DNA of 64,000 nucleotides from Chthoniobacteraceae bacterium (GTDB lineage Bacteria; Verrucomicrobiota; Verrucomicrobiia; Chthoniobacterales; Chthoniobacteraceae): NCBI GenBank assembly GCA_037190965.1, contig JBBCKI010000003.1, positions 27,032 to 91,031 of the forward strand, read 5' to 3'. Shown piece by piece: positions 58,191 to 64,000 of this stretch (position 1 is its first letter; each line of letters starts with the position of its first letter). The notes under the pieces were generated by a model. It saw only the letters and a program-made list of their open reading frames with translations, ran no database searches and was not told where the DNA came from. The position numbers and the translations under genes were made by a program.

Positions 58191-59876
58191 TCAGGTGTAT
58201 TTAAGGACCTCTTCGATGGTCGTCTCCCCATCGTAGATGCAGCGCAGGCCGTCCTGCCGCAGGGTCAACATCCCGAGTTCGACCGCCTTCTGGCGCAGCA
58301 CCACGGTGGCGGCGCGTTTGTTGATGAGCTCGCGGATCGGGTCGGTAATGTGGAGAAGCTCGTAAATCCCCTTTCGCCCCTTGTACCCGGTGTGATTGCA
58401 CTGGTCGCACCCTTTCCCGTAGTAGAAGGTCTTGTCGCCGATATCGTGCGGGGAAAGGCCCAGCTGGGCCAACACCGCTTCGTTGGGCTCATAAGGCGTG
58501 CGGCAATTGGGGCAGATTTTACGGATCAGGCGCTGGGCCAGCACCCCTTCGAGCGATGCCGAGATCATGAACGGCTCGACCCCCATGTCGATCAAACGGG
58601 TGACCGCGCCCGGAGCGTCATTGGTGTGGAGCGTCGTGAAAACCAGGTGACCGGTCAGCGAAGCCTGGATGGAAATCTGCGCCGTCTCCACGTCGCGCGT
58701 TTCACCGACCATGATGCGGTCGGGGTCTTGACGAAGGAACGCCCTGAGCACCCTGGCAAAGTTGAGGCCAATCGATTCGCTGATCGGCACCTGGATGATC
58801 CCTTCGATGTCGTATTCCACCGGGTCCTCCGCCGTGAGGATCTTGGAGTCGACGGTGTTGATCTCGTTAAGGCAGGCGTACAGCGTGGTTGTTTTGCCCG
58901 AGCCGGTGGGGCCAGTGACGATGAAAATACCGTTGGGCTTGTCAATCGTCTCCAGAATGTAGTTGTGAATGTACTCCGGCATCGCGAGTGCCTTGAGGCT
59001 CAGGTTGACGCTGGAGCGGTCCAGAACACGGAGCACCACGCTCTCGCCGAACTGCGTCGGTAGCGAGGAGACACGAAGATCGACATGGCGGCCCGCCGTA
59101 TAGGTCTGGATACGGCCGTCCTGCGGCAGACGGCGCTCGGCGATGTTGAGGTTCGCCATGACCTTCACGCGGGAGATGATCGGCAACGCAAGATGCTTGG
59201 GCGGCGGGGCCATCTCGTAGAGCGCGCCGTCCACCCGATAACGGATCTTGAACTCCGTCTCGAACGGTTCGAAATGAATATCGCTCGCGCGATCTGCCAC
59301 GGCCTGCGCCAGCACGAGATCGACATACCGAATAATTGGAGTGGAATTAGCTTCCGCCTCGACGTTCGCCGAGTTTGCCTGTTCGCCTCCGTCACCAAAA
59401 ATCGCCTCGGTCCCCAGCTCGGAGAGGACTTCGTCGAGACTGGCGGAGTCCATCGCGTAATGCTTCTGGATCAGGTCCTCGACCTGATGAATCGGGGCGA
59501 CAACCGCGTAAACATCCTTGCCGATCGCGAAACGGATATCCTCCAGGCTCTGCGTGTTCAGCGGATCGACCACCGCGACGGTGATACCCGCCGGGTTGGC
59601 GGCCACGGGGAACGCGCCGTGCAACCGGGCAAGACCCGCCGGGAGGAGCCTGAGCATCTCCGGAGTTGGCTCAAAACCGGTGAGGTCGATATAATCGGTC
59701 CCCAGCGAGTTGGCCAGCGTCTGGTAGAACTGGTCTTCGGTCACAAAACCAAAATCGACAAGGGTTTGAACGACGCTCTTCCCTGAACTGGCAATCTCCT
59801 GAAGCAGATCGTCCACCTGCTTCCGGTCAACGATGCCTTGCTCAACAAAAAGATCAATAATCTGATTCGCGTTCAT
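58191..59876 (-). CDS. pilB: GspE/PilB family assembly ATPase (copy 2)
   Basis: ASDIHFEP, GPTGSGKTT, EDPVEY, LRQDPD, TGHLVFTTLH, CxxC pairs. Confidence 0.92.
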   Translation of the reverse strand: MNANQIIDLFVEQGIVDRKQVDDLLQEIASSGKSVVQTLVDFGFVTEDQFYQTLANSLGTDYIDLTGFEPTPEMLRLLPAGLARLHGAFPVAANPAGITVAVVDPLNTQSLEDIRFAIGKDVYAVVAPIHQVEDLIQKHYAMDSASLDEVLSELGTEAIFGDGGEQANSANVEAEANSTPIIRYVDLVLAQAVADRASDIHFEPFETEFKIRYRVDGALYEMAPPPKHLALPIISRVKVMANLNIAERRLPQDGRIQTYTAGRHVDLRVSSLPTQFGESVVLRVLDRSSVNLSLKALAMPEYIHNYILETIDKPNGIFIVTGPTGSGKTTTLYACLNEINTVDSKILTAEDPVEYDIEGIIQVPISESIGLNFARVLRAFLRQDPDRIMVGETRDVETAQISIQASLTGHLVFTTLHTNDAPGAVTRLIDMGVEPFMISASLEGVLAQRLIRKICPNCRTPYEPNEAVLAQLGLSPHDIGDKTFYYGKGCDQCNHTGYKGRKGIYELLHITDPIRELINKRAATVVLRQKAVELGMLTLRQDGLRCIYDGETTIEEVLKYT

Positions 59877-59925
59877 ACGGGGTTGGGGAACAAAAGAGGG
59901 TTGCCTTTAAGGGTGGCTGCCGAGG

Positions 59926-61584
59926 CTAGTTGGCATCGGACATCGTGGCGGAAATCACCTCTTCCGCAGTGGTCATGCCGGCCAGCACTTTTCGAACGCC
60001 GTCCTCCCGGAGCGTGCGCATTCCGAGTTCCCGGCCGCGCTTTCGCAGTTCGATGGTGGAAGCGCGCTCGTTGATCATGTGGCGCACTTCGTCGTCGATC
60101 AGGAAGATCTCGAAAATACCGAGCCGCCCCTTGTAACCGAGATGACGGCATGCCTCACAACCGGCCCCGCGCATCACCGTGGCGTCAACCACCTGCGAGC
60201 GCTCCAGGCGCAAGCCGCGCAGTTCAGCATCGGTCAGTTCATGCGGCACCTTGCATTCCGGGCAAAGCCGCCGGACAAGGCGCTGCGCCACCACGGCGCG
60301 GATGGAGCTGGAAACCAGGAACGGCTGCACGCCGATGTCAACGAGACGAGCGACGGCGCTCGGCGCGTCGTTGGTGTGCAGCGTGGAGAACACGAGGTGA
60401 CCCGTCAAACTGGCGTTGATGGCGATGCTCGCCGTCTCCAGGTCACGAATTTCACCGATCATGATGATGTTCGGCGCCTGACGCAGCATCGAGCGAAGCG
60501 CCGCAGGGAAGGTCATCCCGATATCGGCGTTGACCTGCACCTGGTTGATACCGTTGAGCTGATATTCCACCGGGTCTTCCACGGTGATGATCTTGCGGTC
60601 GGGCCGGTTGATGTAATTCAAGCAACCGTAAAGCGTCGTGGTTTTCCCCGAGCCGGTCGGGCCGGTAACAAGGAGAATGCCGTCCGGCAGGGAAATAAGC
60701 CGCTCGAAGACCTCCTGGTCATCGCTCAGGAAGCCGAGTTGCGAGAGTCCCAGCGTCAGGCTCGACTTGTCGAGAATACGCATGACCACGCTTTCGCCGT
60801 GGTTGGTGGGAATGGTGGAGACACGAAGGTCGATCTGCTTGGGCCCGATCTTGACCTGGATACGGCCGTCCTGCGGAAGCCGCTTTTCCGCGATGCTCAT
60901 GGTGCCGCTCATGATCTTGAGACGGCTGACGATCGCGGACTGAAGTTTCTTCGGCGGGTTCTGGACTTCGTGCAACACGCCGTCGACGCGGAACCGGACA
61001 CGGAATCGCTTTTCGAGAGGCTCAAGATGAATATCGCTCGCGCGCATCTTCTGGGCTTCAAGCAGCAGCATCGTGACGTACTTGATGATCGGCGCATCCC
61101 CGCCCTCGTCTCCCCCCTCGATGACGATATCATTGTCCGCCTGGGAAGCGGTCGGTTCTTCTCCGTAATATTTTTCGATCTGATCGGCGATCTGGTCGGG
61201 CGGCGAGCAAACCCAGTCAATCGTCCGGTTGAGAAGATGGGTGACGGCGTCGAACGTGTCGAAATTGAGCGGATCGCTCGTGGCCATCATCAGCCCTGTG
61301 TCGACATTGGCGATCGGGAGCACCTTGAAGCGGCGCACCACATCGGCAGGCACCGCCATGACGACGTCGGGAGGCACCACCATGTGACTGAGATCGACAA
61401 ACTCCATGCTGGAGTGGGCAGACAAGGCGCGCAGGACGTCCTCGCTCCTCACGACGCCCATTTCGATCAGTTTGTCGATCACGCTTTGGTCGGTCGCGGC
61501 TTCGGCTGCTTGTGCCACGTCGTCTGCGGTGATCAGGCCGGTGTCCTGAAGAATCTCAAGAATGTAGTCGTCGTTGTTAGTCAC
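59926..61584 (-). CDS. pilB: GspE/PilB family assembly ATPase (copy 1)
   Basis: ASDIHLEP, GPTGSGKTT, EDPVEY, LRQAPN, TGHLVFSTLH; start GTG 61584 inferred. Confidence 0.9.
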   Translation of the reverse strand: MTNNDDYILEILQDTGLITADDVAQAAEAATDQSVIDKLIEMGVVRSEDVLRALSAHSSMEFVDLSHMVVPPDVVMAVPADVVRRFKVLPIANVDTGLMMATSDPLNFDTFDAVTHLLNRTIDWVCSPPDQIADQIEKYYGEEPTASQADNDIVIEGGDEGGDAPIIKYVTMLLLEAQKMRASDIHLEPLEKRFRVRFRVDGVLHEVQNPPKKLQSAIVSRLKIMSGTMSIAEKRLPQDGRIQVKIGPKQIDLRVSTIPTNHGESVVMRILDKSSLTLGLSQLGFLSDDQEVFERLISLPDGILLVTGPTGSGKTTTLYGCLNYINRPDRKIITVEDPVEYQLNGINQVQVNADIGMTFPAALRSMLRQAPNIIMIGEIRDLETASIAINASLTGHLVFSTLHTNDAPSAVARLVDIGVQPFLVSSSIRAVVAQRLVRRLCPECKVPHELTDAELRGLRLERSQVVDATVMRGAGCEACRHLGYKGRLGIFEIFLIDDEVRHMINERASTIELRKRGRELGMRTLREDGVRKVLAGMTTAEEVISATMSDAN

Positions 61585-61732
61585 AGGGGGAGAGGTTGCG
61601 AATCCTGAGAAACTAGGGGGGTGACTCCGCGATGTCAACGCAATGCCTCGGCGCGCCGCCCGAATTCGGGGATCTTCGCATCGTCGCAACGTGCTGATCC
61701 CCCACCACTTCGGACGGCGGGCCGTTCTTCAT

Positions 61733-63349
61733 CTATCCCGCCGCGCGGGCCGCGAGTTGCCTCGCCACGATCTTGTCCAAAGCCGCCGTTCCCAAACCGA
61801 GCATCCACGGGTGAACCTTCGCTCCCGCCGCGATGAGCATTTCCGCGATCTTGACGTAGTTTGCTTCGCGCGCCTTGTCGTCCGAGGGACGCCTCCCCTC
61901 CCCTGACTTCGCCGCCTCGTGGCAATGCCTCGAAGCATAAACGGCGGTGCTGAGCGGCGTGCCGCCGTAACGATGAGTCGCCTCCAGAGGAGCGCCGTAT
62001 TCCAGGAGCAACGCCACCATTTCAGGATGCCCGAACCATGCGGCCCAATGCATGGGCTGGTAGCCGCCGCTGTCCACAGTGATGTCCAAGCCCGCTTCCA
62101 GCATTAGCCTTGCAGCCTCCACGCGGTTTTCGCACGCAGCCATCCCAAGTACTTTGTGGTCCTCCTGCACCAGCCGGGACACAAGATCTTTATCTTCTGC
62201 AAGCGCCTGCGCAATTTCCGCGGAGTCCGCCGTGGCGCATGCGCCGATAAAACGATCTTCCGGAGAAAGACGAACATCGCATCCCTGTCCGGCCAAATAG
62301 GCGGCTACCTCTGTCCGTCCAAGCCGGGTGGCCAAGGCAAAAGGCGTCTTTCCATCGCCGCGCGGCGCGTTGATATCTGCGCCGCCCTCGACCAGCACCC
62401 GGATCACATCAGGGCTGCGCCCGCGAAGGATCGCGTGATGCAGCACGCTCCCGAGCACCTCATGAATGCCCGCGTTGGGGTTGGCCCCGTTTTCAAGAAA
62501 AAGCCGGGTGCCTTCGACGTTCTCGAAATCGAGTTGCCGATAAAGGCAGTAGTTCTTCGCCCGTTGCGAAACGCCGTATTGAAAAAGGAGCCGCATGCAG
62601 GCGAGATCCTGAAATTCCGCCGTGTGATAGATTGCCTCCGAACCGCCATTGTCGGGATCGTCGTCCTGAGGGTCGGCCCCCGCCTTCAACAGCAGCTCCG
62701 TCAAACCGGCGTGATTGGCAATTCCGCTGGCTCCATAAAGCGCGCTCTCACGAGCCGAGCCGAATTGAGGATCGCCGATGAACGCGCTGTTCGGATTCGC
62801 CCCAAGCTCCAGCAGACGCCGCGCAATCGCGACAAACCGTTCCCCCTGCTTGCGCTGGCTGTGCACGGTCAGGAAGTTCGAAAAACAAACATAAAGAATG
62901 GGCTCCCACCCCTTTGGACCGCCTTTGCGAACGGCAAGCTGCGGTTCCGCTCTCAGCAGGCGTTCCACCGTATCCACCTCGCCCGCCACGCAGGCACAAT
63001 AGAGATCCGCACTCGCCATCGCGGGGCGTAACGCGAGCATATCCCGTGCTTTCTCAATATTTCCGCCCCACACGGCGGCTTGCAGGAATGCCTCCACATT
63101 GCCCACAGCGTTCACCGCCGCGATTTGAGCTTGCATCGCCCGCCAACTCGGGAAGCCGTGCTCCCGCGCCAGAACCCATTGGGCATCGTGCAGTTTCAGG
63201 GGAATTGATGGCGCTTTGGAATACTTCGGATGCGACTCCTGAAATCGCTTGAGCGCATCGGATTCACCGGCTTTCGCGCCGCGAAGAAGCTCCTTGGCCT
63301 GGCGCTTGTATTGCTCCAGATCAGGCCGTGCAAACAGTTCTTTGGACAT
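61733..63349 (-). CDS. ankyrin repeat protein with N-terminal LEQYKRQAKELL...AREHGF.SW helical module
   Basis: Multiple ankyrin repeats (LLELGANPN, LHHAI, GADINA, MHWAA); ATG 63349 with SD GGAGG. Confidence 0.88.
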   Translation of the reverse strand: MSKELFARPDLEQYKRQAKELLRGAKAGESDALKRFQESHPKYSKAPSIPLKLHDAQWVLAREHGFPSWRAMQAQIAAVNAVGNVEAFLQAAVWGGNIEKARDMLALRPAMASADLYCACVAGEVDTVERLLRAEPQLAVRKGGPKGWEPILYVCFSNFLTVHSQRKQGERFVAIARRLLELGANPNSAFIGDPQFGSARESALYGASGIANHAGLTELLLKAGADPQDDDPDNGGSEAIYHTAEFQDLACMRLLFQYGVSQRAKNYCLYRQLDFENVEGTRLFLENGANPNAGIHEVLGSVLHHAILRGRSPDVIRVLVEGGADINAPRGDGKTPFALATRLGRTEVAAYLAGQGCDVRLSPEDRFIGACATADSAEIAQALAEDKDLVSRLVQEDHKVLGMAACENRVEAARLMLEAGLDITVDSGGYQPMHWAAWFGHPEMVALLLEYGAPLEATHRYGGTPLSTAVYASRHCHEAAKSGEGRRPSDDKAREANYVKIAEMLIAAGAKVHPWMLGLGTAALDKIVARQLAARAAG

Positions 63350-63465
63350 AAAACCTCCATTGCAAAGTCGCCTGCGGTTCGCAAAGACAGGCAGCAACAA
63401 AGGTTGAAACCGCGTTGATTGAAGCAGGTGGACACCGTCCTTTCCGCGAACCCGGAAGCGCCCTG
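63350..63465 (-). promoter_or_regulatory. candidate structured cis-regulatory RNA leader with anti-SD
   Basis: Long stem (GGUUCGC/GCGAACC plus AAGGACGG/CUGUCUUU) whose loop holds AACCUUUGUUGC, complementary to GCAAUGGAGGUU covering the SD. Confidence 0.55.
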
Positions 63466-63815
63466 AGCGCTGAAAGGCAGCCTAGCGATGGAGGACGCCG
63501 CGTCGAGCCAAATTTGTCGCGAAATTCCAGGAAAGGCGTCCTATTTTCAGGGCAAACGCATCAAAATAGCCTAATTTTGGTCTGCTTTAGCGAACTTTCT
63601 CAATCTCCGACCATATTCGCCTGGCGGCAGTTAACGAACGCCTCTGTCTCAGAGGGAGCGGGCGACTATCTGGCAAATTGGCCATTGTTGCTCCAAAAGC
63701 CATCGGTTCAAGAAATAAAGTTTGACGCAGTGCAAAATCGCGTGTGAAAACCTTAGCTGCAATTCAAGGAAGTCCCGAATGAACCATAAGGGACATATTT
63801 ACGAAAAAAGAGGTT

Positions 63816-63935
63816 ATGAAAAAAATCTGGATATTTGTAGTGGCGGTGTTGGTAGCGACCTTCTTCTTTAACGGCTCAGCCAAAGCGGCATGTGATCCAA
63901 GTGTGGAACCGGAAGAGAACACCCGCTTCGAATAA
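63816..63935 (+). CDS. small secreted peptide (39 aa)
   Basis: SD AAGAGGT; MKKIWIFVVAVLVATFFFNGSAKA-ACDPSVEPEENTRFE*; below the ORF-track size cutoff. Confidence 0.6.
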   Translation: MKKIWIFVVAVLVATFFFNGSAKAACDPSVEPEENTRFE

Positions 63936-63941
63936 TCACAG

Positions 63942-64000
63942 GTGGACATTAAGGCTGCTTTCAGGATTCTGGCGCTCTTGGCCGTTGGAGTTCCGGTCCT
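63942..64000 (+). CDS. possible start of a secreted protein, cut by the window edge
   Basis: GTG 63942, MDIKAAFRILALLAVGVPV... signal-like. Confidence 0.35.
   Translation, partial: MDIKAAFRILALLAVGVPV

Overview
GC-rich bacterial chromosome segment. Gene content and repeat types suggest Verrucomicrobiota, possibly Chthoniobacterales-like (inference). Most of it is housekeeping: ubiD-family decarboxylase, bioA, comF-accD-folC, argH, purS-purQ-purL-purF-purM, proS, trxA, PBP1A, dsbD, hemW, ugd, lptD, queD, two GspE/PilB ATPases with GspF/PilC and a pilin, and tRNA-Val(CAC). Four things stand out. (1) A three-gene ADP-ribosyltransferase toxin / antitoxin / SecB-like chaperone operon (CmdTAC-like, 9325-10815). 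Its antitoxin ends in a hard-coded ssrA-like tag (AAENEHLALAA) written in the same bases as the chaperone N-terminus. (2) That operon sits inside the shell of a decayed IS: frameshifted N- and C-terminal transposase remnants and TGT...ACA terminal inverted repeats flank it on both sides. (3) A structured 5' leader of an ankyrin-repeat gene has a loop sequence that can pair over 12 bp with the Shine-Dalgarno, a candidate riboswitch-like element. (4) Smaller items: a probable orphan integron cassette, a 119-bp MITE with a TTA duplication, several REP-like palindrome families, a Thr-motif repeat protein and a 39-aa secreted peptide ORF. Product calls come from recognised motifs only; no database search was run.
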